From contig JBMUCX010000001.1 of the NCBI GenBank assembly GCA_049458915.1, forward strand, positions 389-64,388: 64,000 nucleotides of DNA, written 5' to 3'. The notes beneath the pieces are model-generated. The model made no database searches, was not told the DNA's origin, and saw nothing but the letters and a program-made list of their open reading frames with translations. Source of the stretch: Ilumatobacteraceae bacterium. Its GTDB lineage: Bacteria; Actinomycetota; Acidimicrobiia; Acidimicrobiales; Ilumatobacteraceae. Positions 27,738 to 36,555 of the stretch are shown in pieces; within the stretch, counting starts at the first letter, position 1; every line of letters starts with the position of its first letter. The position numbers and the translations under genes were made by a program.

Positions 27738-28283
27738 GTGTACGTGCCCGGCGCCGACGACCGTCCCGAACCACCATCCGCCGCCGACGAGCCGTCGACG
27801 CTCGTCGGATTCCTCGACCACCAGCGGGCGACACTCGCGTGGAAGTGTGCCGGCGTCGATCAGGTCGCGCTCGCGACCACGATCGAACCCTCGTCGATGT
27901 CCCTCGGCGGTCTCCTGAAGCACTTGGCCTACGTCGAGGACCACTGGTTCCATCGGGCGTTCGCCGACCGGCCGCCGTGCGAACCGTGGGCATCGGTCGA
28001 CTGGTCGGGTGACCCGGACTGGGACTGGCGTTCCGCGGCCGACGACACGCCTCAGCAGTTGTTCGACCTGTGGGAGACGGCGGTCGAGCGCTCTCGGGCG
28101 ATCGTCGTCGACGCACTCGGCGAACCCGGGGACGCGCTCGGCCGACCGGCCCGCCAGGACGTGTTCGACGGCGACCCTCCGAGCTTGCGCTGGATCCTCG
28201 TCCACATGATCGAGGAATACGCCCGGCACAACGGCCACGCCGACCTGCTGCGTGAACGGATCGACGGTTCCGTCGGCGAGTGA
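27738..28283 (+). CDS. DinB-family protein (DUF664, mycothiol-transferase-like fold)
   Basis: The C-terminal signature is LRWILVHMIEEYARHNGHADLLRERIDG. The start is GTG 27738. Confidence 0.8.
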   Translation: MYVPGADDRPEPPSAADEPSTLVGFLDHQRATLAWKCAGVDQVALATTIEPSSMSLGGLLKHLAYVEDHWFHRAFADRPPCEPWASVDWSGDPDWDWRSAADDTPQQLFDLWETAVERSRAIVVDALGEPGDALGRPARQDVFDGDPPSLRWILVHMIEEYARHNGHADLLRERIDGSVGE

Positions 28284-28345
28284 CACCGGCGAGTTCGGCG
28301 GTCCGGTGAGGGAGTCGGGCCCGTCGCCGCCAGACTGGAGCGGTC

Positions 28346-29440
28346 ATGGGGCCGTCGACGATCGTTTTCTTCGTGGTCGGAGTGGCCGCCCTCGTGGTCG
28401 GGGCCGAGGCACTCGTCCGGGGAGCGGCACGTCTGGCTGCACGAACCGGCCTGAGTCCGATCGTGATCGGACTCACCGTGGTGGCGTTCGGAACGAGCGC
28501 CCCCGAACTCGCCGTCAGCCTCGGTGCGGCGATTCGCGACGAGGCCGACATCGCGGTCGGCAACGTGGTCGGTTCCAACATCGCGAACGTGCTCCTCGTC
28601 CTCGGCCTGTCGGCAGTCGCAGGTGGCGGGCTGGTCGTCGCCCAGCGGATCGTCCGCATCGACGTACCGATCATGCTCGCCCTGTCCGTCGCCGTGTTCC
28701 TGCTCGGCTTCGACGGCGAACTCGAACGCTGGGAGGGCGCTGCGTTCGTCCTGACCCTGATCGTCTACATCACCTGGACGGTCGTCGCCGCTCGCCGGTC
28801 ACCCGAAGCAGCGATCACCGAGGAGTACGACGACGCGCTGAGCGAAGAAAAGCTCCGACAGAGCAGCGTCGTCACCGATGTCGGGTTCGTCCTGATCGGT
28901 CTCCTCATGCTCGTCGCCGGCTCCTCCTCGCTCGTGGAGGCCGCCACCGATCTCGCCTCGGCGCTCGGAGTCAGCGAGTTGGTGATCGGCCTCACCGTCG
29001 TCGCGGTCGGCACGTCGCTCCCCGAGATCGCCACCTCGGTGCTGGCTGCCGCTCGCGGGCAGCGCGACCTCGCCGTCGGCAACGCGATCGGCTCCAACCT
29101 GTTCAACATCCTCGCCGTGCTCGGCATCACCGCGCTGGTGTCGCCGTCGTCGATCCCGTTCTCGGATGGCGTGCTGTCGCTCGACATCCCCGTGATGATC
29201 GCCGTCGCGATCGCCTGCCTCCCGATCTTCTGGAACGGCTACGCACTGATGCGCTGGGAGGGCTGGATCTTCCTCGCGTACTACGGGGCGTACATCACAT
29301 GGCTCGTACTCGACAGCAACGACCACGGCCTCCGGGAGGAATACGCCGTCGGCGTGCTCGGGTTCGTCGTGCCGCTGACGGTGTTGACGTTCGTGGTCAT
29401 CGCCGGCCGACAGCGACGGGCCGCCCGATCAGTCCTCTGA
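28346..29440 (+). CDS. Calcium/cation antiporter (CaCA family, YrbG-like)
   Basis: Two alpha-repeats are present, GTSAPELAVS and GTSLPEIATS, in a polytopic 364-aa protein. Confidence 0.9.
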   Translation: MGPSTIVFFVVGVAALVVGAEALVRGAARLAARTGLSPIVIGLTVVAFGTSAPELAVSLGAAIRDEADIAVGNVVGSNIANVLLVLGLSAVAGGGLVVAQRIVRIDVPIMLALSVAVFLLGFDGELERWEGAAFVLTLIVYITWTVVAARRSPEAAITEEYDDALSEEKLRQSSVVTDVGFVLIGLLMLVAGSSSLVEAATDLASALGVSELVIGLTVVAVGTSLPEIATSVLAAARGQRDLAVGNAIGSNLFNILAVLGITALVSPSSIPFSDGVLSLDIPVMIAVAIACLPIFWNGYALMRWEGWIFLAYYGAYITWLVLDSNDHGLREEYAVGVLGFVVPLTVLTFVVIAGRQRRAARSVL

Positions 29441-30187
29441 CATCGAACCGAGCAGCGCCGCCCCTGCGATCCCTGCATTGTTGACGAGTTCGGCGGCGAC
29501 CACCTCGCAACCGGGTTCGAGATACGGCAACCACCGGTCGGCCTTCTTGCTCACCCCGCCGCCGACGATGATCAACTCGGGCCAGAACAGCCCGTGGAGG
29601 TGGCCGAGGTAACGATCGACACGTTCCGCCCACTCCCGCCACGACAGATCCTCGCGTTCTCGTGCCCGAGCGGCGGCCCTCGTCTCGGCGTCGAGCCCGT
29701 CGAGTTCGACGTGCCCGAGTTCGGTGTTCGGGACGAGGCGACCGTCGACGAACAGGCCCGACCCGATGCCGGTCCCGAAGGTCACGCACAGCACGACACC
29801 CGCACGGCCTCGTCCCGCTCCCCAAGTCATCTCGGCGATGCCGGCGGCATCAGCGTCGTTGACGACCGGCACGCGGCGGTCGAGGCGGTCGGACAGAAGT
29901 CGGCCCGCATCGCAATCGACCCACGCCGGGTCGATGTTCGCCGCCGTGCGAACCACGCCGCGCTGGACGACGGCGGGCACGCACACCCCGACGGAGCCGG
30001 TCCAGTGGTGAGCGGCGACGAGTTGCCGGACGACGTCCACGACCCGATCCGGGGTGGCCGGCCGGGGCGTGTCGATGCGGAGGCGATCGCCGACGAGTCG
30101 GCCGTCGGCCAGATCGACCGGCGCCGCCTTGATGCCCGTGCCGCCGACGTCGACGCCGAGGGCGATCCGCTGCGCCGTGTCCGTCAT
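29429..30187 (-). CDS. ppgK: Polyphosphate/ATP glucokinase (ROK family)
   Basis: GVDVGGTGIKAAPVDL is present, with ROK-like organisation and a length of 252 aa. Confidence 0.8.
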   Translation of the reverse strand: MTDTAQRIALGVDVGGTGIKAAPVDLADGRLVGDRLRIDTPRPATPDRVVDVVRQLVAAHHWTGSVGVCVPAVVQRGVVRTAANIDPAWVDCDAGRLLSDRLDRRVPVVNDADAAGIAEMTWGAGRGRAGVVLCVTFGTGIGSGLFVDGRLVPNTELGHVELDGLDAETRAAARAREREDLSWREWAERVDRYLGHLHGLFWPELIIVGGGVSKKADRWLPYLEPGCEVVAAELVNNAGIAGAALLGSMSED

Positions 30188-30229
30188 CGTGGCCGAGCGT
30201 ACCCCCGGCGACTCGGGGCGAACCGGCGT

Positions 30230-31456
30230 TCAGGCCCGGGCCCGGGTGCGACGCAGCACCGGGTCGGCGACCCCCAACGCACGATCGGCGCTCCGGAACA
30301 CGAACCCGGCGGCACCCGGGGTCGAACCGTCGACGAGGTTGCCCATCACCTGGAGCGTGATCTGGGCGATCCGATCGGTGCCGACGGCGAACCGCAGTCC
30401 GGTCCGCATCAGACCCGGATGTCCGATCAGGAACGCGAACCGACGTCCGGTTCGCAGGAAGGCGTCGAATCGGGCGCCGATCTCGAGGTCGTAGCGCTCG
30501 GGTACCGTCGCCGGATCGGCGAGGAACAGGTCGGCGGCGAGCATGCCCGACTCGAGGCCGTAGTCGATGCCCTCGCCGTTCATCGGGTTGACGAGACCGG
30601 CGGCGTCCCCGACGGCGACCCAGCCCGGCCCGTGGCGGCGTACGACGGTCATCGGAAGGCGCCACGCCCGGGGACGCTCGAGGTTCGGGCCGATGTCCCA
30701 CGACTCCCGCACGATCGCCCGATAGTGGTCGAGCAGCGTGTTGAGATTGAGGCTCTTGAAGCCCTTCATGGTCGACAGGGCACCGACGCCGATGTTGACC
30801 GTCCCGTCGCCGCACGGGAACATCCAGCCGTATCCGGGGATCCACGTGCCCTGACCGTCTTTCACGGTGAGACACGCTTCGATGTGCCGGTCGGCATGCC
30901 GGGGGCTCTCGACGTATGCCCGGATGGCGAGCCCGAAGGGCTCGTCGGCCACCCGGTCGGCACCGAGCGCCCGGGCGACCGAACCGGGGGCGCCGGTCGC
31001 CGCGACGACGAGATCCGCGTGCAGGGTGCCGTGCGGCGTCCGGACACCGATCACCCGACCGTCGTCGTCGGCGATCACCTCGCCCGCCGTGTCGAACCGG
31101 ACATCGGCGCCGGCCTCGACCGCCGCATCGATCAGGGCGGCATCGAGTCGCCGACGAGGCCACACCGCACCGTGAGCCGGGAATCGTCCGCCGGGACTCC
31201 CCCACGGCAACTCCCGGACCTGCCGCCCGGCGATCATCCGCAGCCCGTCGATGCGGTGGGCGTCGTCGAGTGGGATCTTCAACTCGTCGAGAGCGGCGAC
31301 GGCCCGCGGGGTCAGTCCGTCACCGCAGACCTTGTCGCGGCCGTGCGGGCCCTTTTCGACGACGACGACTCGCGCGCCCTGCCGAGCAGCTCGGATGGCG
31401 GTCGCGGCCCCGGCGGGGCCGCCACCGATCACTGCGATGTCGAAGCGCTCGTCCAT
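30230..31456 (-). CDS. Geranylgeranyl reductase-family FAD-dependent oxidoreductase
   Basis: FDIAVIGGGPAGAATA (dinucleotide fold) and DKVCGDGLTPRAV are present. The start is ATG 31456, with an alternative at 31471. Confidence 0.85.
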   Translation of the reverse strand: MDERFDIAVIGGGPAGAATAIRAARQGARVVVVEKGPHGRDKVCGDGLTPRAVAALDELKIPLDDAHRIDGLRMIAGRQVRELPWGSPGGRFPAHGAVWPRRRLDAALIDAAVEAGADVRFDTAGEVIADDDGRVIGVRTPHGTLHADLVVAATGAPGSVARALGADRVADEPFGLAIRAYVESPRHADRHIEACLTVKDGQGTWIPGYGWMFPCGDGTVNIGVGALSTMKGFKSLNLNTLLDHYRAIVRESWDIGPNLERPRAWRLPMTVVRRHGPGWVAVGDAAGLVNPMNGEGIDYGLESGMLAADLFLADPATVPERYDLEIGARFDAFLRTGRRFAFLIGHPGLMRTGLRFAVGTDRIAQITLQVMGNLVDGSTPGAAGFVFRSADRALGVADPVLRRTRARA

Positions 31457-31467
31457 GTCACCCCGAT

Positions 31468-31776
31468 TCAATCGGAGGTGACGCCCTCGTGCTCAGCGAT
31501 GCGCTCGTGATGGTGGATGACTTCCGCCACGATGAAGCGGAGGAACTTCTCGCTGAACACCGGATCGAGGCCGGCCGACTCGGCCAACGACCGCAGTCTG
31601 GCGACCTGGCGGTCTTCGCGCTCCGGGTCGGCCGCCGGGAGTCCGGCCGCCGCCTTGTAGCGACCGACCTCCTGCGTGACCTTGAACCGTTCCGCGAGCA
31701 GATGGATCAACGCCGCATCGATGTTGTCGATGCTCGCCCGGTACTTGGCGAGAGGTGACTCGGCGGGCTCGGCCAT
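31468..31776 (-). CDS. Chorismate mutase (AroQ class)
   Basis: A 102-aa all-helical protein with YRASIDNIDAALIHLLAERFKVTQEVGRYK. Confidence 0.85.
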   Translation of the reverse strand: MAEPAESPLAKYRASIDNIDAALIHLLAERFKVTQEVGRYKAAAGLPAADPEREDRQVARLRSLAESAGLDPVFSEKFLRFIVAEVIHHHERIAEHEGVTSD

Positions 31777-31875
31777 GGCGCCCAGACCCTACAAGATCGG
31801 ACCCTGCACCATCGGAGGCGACCAGCGGAGCCGACCAGCGCCGGTTCGGGTTGCACCGGTTCGCCGCCGGATCCG

Positions 31876-32631
31876 TCAGTCGGCGGTGCGTCGTGCCACG
31901 TAGTAGCCGTAGCTCACGTGGTCGGCGAACCGCTCGTACAGATCGATCTCGCGCTGCTCGGCATCGACGATCTCCCGGGCTGCAGCAGCGTGTCCATGTC
32001 GCTCGAGAAATGCATCGAACCGCGCCTGGAGCGGGCGGTAGTACTGATCGAGCCAACACCGTTGTGGCAACACGAAGTACCCGATCGGTGAGAAGCCGTT
32101 CGCTTCGAGGACGGCCAGTTTGGCGGCTGCGGTGCCGACCTCGGGGTACTCGGTCGCCCAATGTCGGTCGAGTTCGGCGGGCCGAGTGCCGGTGAGCCAG
32201 GTGAGTTCGGAGACGGCGAGCACACCGTTCGGCTTCAGGAAGCGTCGCCATGCCCGGACCCCGGCCTCGAAGCCGACGATGTAGATCGCGCCCTCCGACC
32301 AGATCGCGTCGAAGGCGCCATCGTCGAACGGCAGATCGTCCATCGGTGCGGCGAGTGTCGTGACCCGGGTTCCGAATCCGCGGTGCCGGGCCTCGCCCGC
32401 GAGGCGGTCGAGGAACTCGGGGACCAGGTCGACGGCGACGACGTGCGCATCGAGTTCGGAGGCGAGCACCATGGTGGAGGCACCCGTCCCGCAGCCGATG
32501 TCGGCGATCCGGAGGTCGCGCGCGTCTCGCAAGCCGGACAGATCGACGGCTCGGCGGGTCTCGTCGTCCCCGCCCGGGCCCTGGCGCGTGCCGTCGAGGT
32601 GGAGATCGACGAGGAGTTCGAAACCGTCCAT
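31876..32631 (-). CDS. Class I SAM-dependent methyltransferase
   Basis: Motif I is IADIGCGTGAST and the protein is 251 aa. Confidence 0.85.
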   Translation of the reverse strand: MDGFELLVDLHLDGTRQGPGGDDETRRAVDLSGLRDARDLRIADIGCGTGASTMVLASELDAHVVAVDLVPEFLDRLAGEARHRGFGTRVTTLAAPMDDLPFDDGAFDAIWSEGAIYIVGFEAGVRAWRRFLKPNGVLAVSELTWLTGTRPAELDRHWATEYPEVGTAAAKLAVLEANGFSPIGYFVLPQRCWLDQYYRPLQARFDAFLERHGHAAAAREIVDAEQREIDLYERFADHVSYGYYVARRTAD

Positions 32632-32667
32632 CTCGACACCATACGGACGGCGCTACCGTCCACCCCC

Positions 32668-33609
32668 GTGACCGATCAGACCTCACTCCCGATCCTCTTC
32701 GTCGACCACCCGTTCCCCGAGGTGTACCGCGATCTGGTCGACGGCCGGGCCTCCGTCGTCGGCAACGGCACCGACGAGGGTCTCGACATCTGCGACGCGA
32801 TCCTCGCCGGCGCTGTACGACCCTGGAACGCCGGGGCCTTCGCCCTCGCACCCAACTGCAAGGTGATCTCCCGCATCGGCGTCGGCTACGACAACGTCAC
32901 CGTCGACGACGCCGCAGCCGCCGGGATCACCGTCTGCAACGCTCCGCTCGCCCCGATGGTGTCGACGGCCGAGCACACGATGGCACTCCTGTTCGCGGTG
33001 ACCAAGGCCCTCCCCCACCACACCGCTCGGGCCAAGCAGGGCCTGAAGGGCGAACCGGTGGGGCGCGCGCTCGAACTCGACGGTCGGACGCTCGGCCTGG
33101 TCGGCATCGGACGCATCGCGAGCCGGGTGGCCGTCGCCGCCCAGGCCCTCGGGATGCGGGTGATCGCGAGCGACCCGGGCGTTCGCGATTCACCCGTCGA
33201 CGGCTGTGCCCTCGTCGACTTCGACACGCTCCTGGCGGAGTCGGACGTCGTGTCGCTCCACGCGCCAGCGCTTCCGACGACGATTCGAATGATGGATGCC
33301 GGGGCGTTCGCCCGGATGCGTCCGGGGAGCTATCTGGTGAACTGTGCCCGGGGTGTGCTCGTCGACCACGACGCCCTCCTCGACGCCATCGACCGGGGCC
33401 ACCTCGGCGGAGCCGGGCTGGACGTGACCGACCCGGAGCCGCTGCCCGAAGGACACCCACTCCTGGACCGGGCGAACGTGGTCGTCACCCCGCACATCGC
33501 CTCGGCGAGCGTCGCCGGACGCCGCCGTCTCTACGAGCACTCGATCGACAACGCCTTGGCCGTGCTCGACGGTCGCCCGGCGACCATCGTCGCACCGAGC
33601 GCGTCGTGA
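32668..33609 (+). CDS. D-isomer-specific 2-hydroxyacid dehydrogenase (PGDH-like)
   Basis: The NAD fold is GLVGIGRIASRVA. The catalytic region has NCARG...D and PHIAS. The start is GTG 32668. Confidence 0.85.
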   Translation: MTDQTSLPILFVDHPFPEVYRDLVDGRASVVGNGTDEGLDICDAILAGAVRPWNAGAFALAPNCKVISRIGVGYDNVTVDDAAAAGITVCNAPLAPMVSTAEHTMALLFAVTKALPHHTARAKQGLKGEPVGRALELDGRTLGLVGIGRIASRVAVAAQALGMRVIASDPGVRDSPVDGCALVDFDTLLAESDVVSLHAPALPTTIRMMDAGAFARMRPGSYLVNCARGVLVDHDALLDAIDRGHLGGAGLDVTDPEPLPEGHPLLDRANVVVTPHIASASVAGRRRLYEHSIDNALAVLDGRPATIVAPSAS

Positions 33610-33622
33610 CAGACTGCTCGAC

Positions 33623-34402
33623 ATGACGTCCTTGCGTGCACAGTGGGCGGCCGGCGGCGAGACGCTCGGCCTGTGGTTGTCGGTCCCGAGCTTCGTGTCG
33701 GCCGAGATCGGCGGTCGGGCGGCGTTCGACTACGTCTGCGTCGACACCCAGCACGGCGTGATCGACTACCAACAATCGGCGGTGATGATCCAGGCGATCG
33801 AACTGTCCGGCGGCCTGCCGATCGTCCGGGTGCCCTGGAACGAGCCCGGCATCATCGGCAAGTCGCTCGACGCCGGTGCGTACGGCGTCATCGTCCCGAT
33901 GGTCAACACCCGCGAGCAGGCCGAGGCGGTGGTCCGATCCGCTCGGTACGCACCGGCGGGTTCCCGGAGTTGGGGGCCGGTGATGGCGTCGATGCGCCAC
34001 GCCGACAACCGGTCCTGGGCCGACGAGCACGTCGCCGTCATCCCGATGATCGAAACGGTCGAGGCGCTGTCGAACCTCGACGAGATCCTGTCGGTTCCCG
34101 GCATCGACGCCATCTACGTCGGCCCGGCCGACCTGTCGGTCAGCCTCGGTCTCGCGCCGGGCAACAACGACGGCGTCGCCGCGTTCGACGACGCACTGGC
34201 GACGATCGTCGCCGGGTGCCGGCGGCACGGCGTCGTTCCGGGGATCCACGCCACGGGGCCGCTCACACCGAAACGCCGTGAGCAGGGCTTCCGGATGATC
34301 ACGGTCACGAGCGACGCCCTGGCGATGAAGGCGGGGTTCACCTCCGAACTGGCCGCCGCCCGGGGCGACGGTGCCGGCTCCGGATCAGGTGCGATGTACT
34401 GA
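33623..34402 (+). CDS. HpcH/HpaI-family aldolase
   Basis: GLWLSVPS, VRVPWNEPGIIGKSLDAGAYGVIVPMV and MIETVEAL are present. Confidence 0.85.
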   Translation: MTSLRAQWAAGGETLGLWLSVPSFVSAEIGGRAAFDYVCVDTQHGVIDYQQSAVMIQAIELSGGLPIVRVPWNEPGIIGKSLDAGAYGVIVPMVNTREQAEAVVRSARYAPAGSRSWGPVMASMRHADNRSWADEHVAVIPMIETVEALSNLDEILSVPGIDAIYVGPADLSVSLGLAPGNNDGVAAFDDALATIVAGCRRHGVVPGIHATGPLTPKRREQGFRMITVTSDALAMKAGFTSELAAARGDGAGSGSGAMY

Positions 34403-34406
34403 CCGG

Positions 34407-35255
34407 TCAACGCCGGCCGATGGCGATCCGGTCGAGGCCGGCGAGGTCCGGCCGGATCTCGACGTCGGTGTAGTCGTGCTCGTCGAGCAGCATCCGGACC
34501 GATCTGCCCTGGTCGGATCCGATCTCGAGGACGAGCCAGCCTCCCGGGGCGAGGCGATGGACCGCCTGTTCGACGATCGTCGTGATCGGACCGATGCCGG
34601 AGTCGTCGCCGAACAGTGCGATCGCCGGCTCCCAGTCCCGGACCGATGCCTCGAGCATCGGGCTGTCCTCGGCCACGTACGGCGGATTGCTGACGACGAC
34701 GTCGAATCGTCGACCGTCCGGGAGCGGATCGAACCACGAGCCGAGCGCAGTGCGCACGTTTCGTGCCGGTCGGCCGATGCCGGCCAGATTCGCGGTCGCG
34801 ACGGCGAGGGCATCGGCGCTCGCATCGGTGATCCAGACCGTGGTGCCGTCCAGCGGTAGCTCACGAGCGAGCGAGAGGCCGATCGCTCCCGATCCGGTTC
34901 CGAGGTCGACGACCGTCCGCTCCGGGCCGACGTCTCGCGCCAGGTCGATCGCGACACCGGCGACGAGTTCGGTCTCGGGTCGAGGGATGAGGACCCGCCG
35001 GTCGACCGCCAGATCGAGGTGACGGAACGACCATCGCCCGAGCACGTACGGGAGCGGTTCGCCCGCTCGACAACGGGCGACCATCTCGTCGAGGTGCTGG
35101 ACCATCCGCACGGTCGCGGGCTCGTCGAGCGAGTCGTCGAGGTCGGGTCCGTCGAGTGATGCAGCGACCTCGAGCAACCACCGGGCCTCGTGGCGTTCAC
35201 CGATCACGGACGTCGTCTCGTCGAGGAGTTGTCGCAGGGTGACCGCGTCGCTCAT
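34407..35255 (-). CDS. prmC: Release factor glutamine methyltransferase
   Basis: DLGTGSGAI and the NPPY motif (VVSNPPYV) are present. The gene is immediately downstream of prfA, overlapping it by 4 nt. Confidence 0.92.
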   Translation of the reverse strand: MSDAVTLRQLLDETTSVIGERHEARWLLEVAASLDGPDLDDSLDEPATVRMVQHLDEMVARCRAGEPLPYVLGRWSFRHLDLAVDRRVLIPRPETELVAGVAIDLARDVGPERTVVDLGTGSGAIGLSLARELPLDGTTVWITDASADALAVATANLAGIGRPARNVRTALGSWFDPLPDGRRFDVVVSNPPYVAEDSPMLEASVRDWEPAIALFGDDSGIGPITTIVEQAVHRLAPGGWLVLEIGSDQGRSVRMLLDEHDYTDVEIRPDLAGLDRIAIGRR

Positions 35256-36337
35256 TGGCCCTCCACGCCGGCGAGCCTGCGAGACCGGTCGTCGACGACG
35301 AGCGGTTCGACGACGAGATCCAGGTCGCCGTGGAGCACATCACCCAAGCGATGAACCGTGTGACCGATGCGGTGATCGGTCACGCGATTCTCCTTGAAGT
35401 TGTACGTCCGGATCTTCTCGCTCCGACCGCCACCGCCGACCTGGGACCGCCGCTCGGCGGAGACCTCCGCATTGCGCTCGCTGCTCGCGAGGTCGTAGAG
35501 GCGGGCTCGGAGGACCTGCATCGCTCGCGCCCGGTTCTGGAGTTGGCTGCGCTCGTCCTGCATGGTGACGACGATCCCGCTCGGCAGGTGCGTGATCCGC
35601 ACGGCGGAGTCGGTGGTGTTGACGTGCTGTCCCCCGGCGCCCGACGAGCGGTACACGTCGACGGTCAGATCACGTTCGTCGATCTTCACCTCGACCTCGT
35701 CGACCTCGGGGAGGACGGCGACAGTGGCCGACGAGGTGTGGATACGCCCCTGGCTCTCGGTGACGGGTACCCGCTGCACACGATGGGGCCCACCCTCGAA
35801 CTTCAACCGTCCCCAGGCGTCGGAGCCCCGAACCACGAACGTCACCTGGTTGACACCACCGAGATCGCTCGGGTCGACGGCGAGGGTCTCGACCTTCCAA
35901 CCCCGTCGTGCGGCGTACGCGAGGTACATGTCGTACAGGTCGCGGGCGAACAGATTGGCCTCCTCACCTCCCTCGGCGCCACGGATCTCGAGGATCACCG
36001 CTCGACCGTCGTGAGGATCGCGTGGCACCAGCAGCACGCGGAGTTCGTCCTCGATGCGCTGCGCCTCGGTGAGCGCTGCGTCGACCTCGGCCTGGACCAC
36101 GTCCCGGTCGACACCGGACGTTCCGTGGAGCATCTCCCGAGCCGTCTCCAGATCACCCAGCGTCGCGTCGAGTCGGCGACTGGCCTCGACGACCGGTTCG
36201 AGCTCCCGGTAGCGCTGGCCCACCGTGCGCAAGAGATCCGGATCACGCGCCGTCTCGGGATCGGCGAGACGATGTTCGATCTCCCGGAACTCGTCGGCGA
36301 TGGCGACGAGGCGGGCGGACAGTCCGGGTTCGAGCAT
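35252..36337 (-). CDS. prfA: Peptide chain release factor 1
   Basis: The GGQ motif (SGAGGQHVN) and the PxT-type recognition region (RVQRVPVTESQGRIHTS) are present in a 361-aa protein. Confidence 0.95.
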   Translation of the reverse strand: MLEPGLSARLVAIADEFREIEHRLADPETARDPDLLRTVGQRYRELEPVVEASRRLDATLGDLETAREMLHGTSGVDRDVVQAEVDAALTEAQRIEDELRVLLVPRDPHDGRAVILEIRGAEGGEEANLFARDLYDMYLAYAARRGWKVETLAVDPSDLGGVNQVTFVVRGSDAWGRLKFEGGPHRVQRVPVTESQGRIHTSSATVAVLPEVDEVEVKIDERDLTVDVYRSSGAGGQHVNTTDSAVRITHLPSGIVVTMQDERSQLQNRARAMQVLRARLYDLASSERNAEVSAERRSQVGGGGRSEKIRTYNFKENRVTDHRIGHTVHRLGDVLHGDLDLVVEPLVVDDRSRRLAGVEGQ

Positions 36338-36372
36338 GACGGATCGAGGCTACCCTCCTCCCCACGTGACGT

Positions 36373-36397
36373 ATCCTGAGTCGGAACGACTCAGGAT
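36373..36397 (-). promoter_or_regulatory. Perfect 11-bp-stem hairpin (3-nt loop) in the prfA 5' leader, immediately upstream of a GGGGAGGAGGG tract
   Basis: The sequence is atcctgagtcg gaa cgactcaggat. It lies 36-60 nt upstream of the prfA ATG. Its function is unknown: it may be a terminator of the upstream ORF or a leader structure. Confidence 0.5.
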
Positions 36398-36468
36398 CTC
36401 CGTGGTCCGGGAGCGCACCTGCAGCCCACCCGGTGTCATGACCCACGCACGGATTCGATCGTCCGCCG

Positions 36469-36516
36469 CTGGTTCCGACCGCACCTGGTTCCGACCGCAC
36501 GTGGTTCCGGCGGTCC
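36469..36516. repeat. Tandem 16-bp repeat (ctggttccgaccgcac, 2 perfect copies and 1 degenerate) in the prfA upstream region
   Basis: Direct reading of the sequence at 36469-36516. Confidence 0.75.
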
Positions 36517-36555
36517 GGTCGTCGACCGGCGCACTCGGCCATCGGCCACGACGGA

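Noticed and set aside
31493-32851. 452-aa minus-strand ORF
   Set aside because: It is out of frame with the chorismate mutase and methyltransferase genes, which both have clear motifs. Arg makes up more than 25% of the translation.
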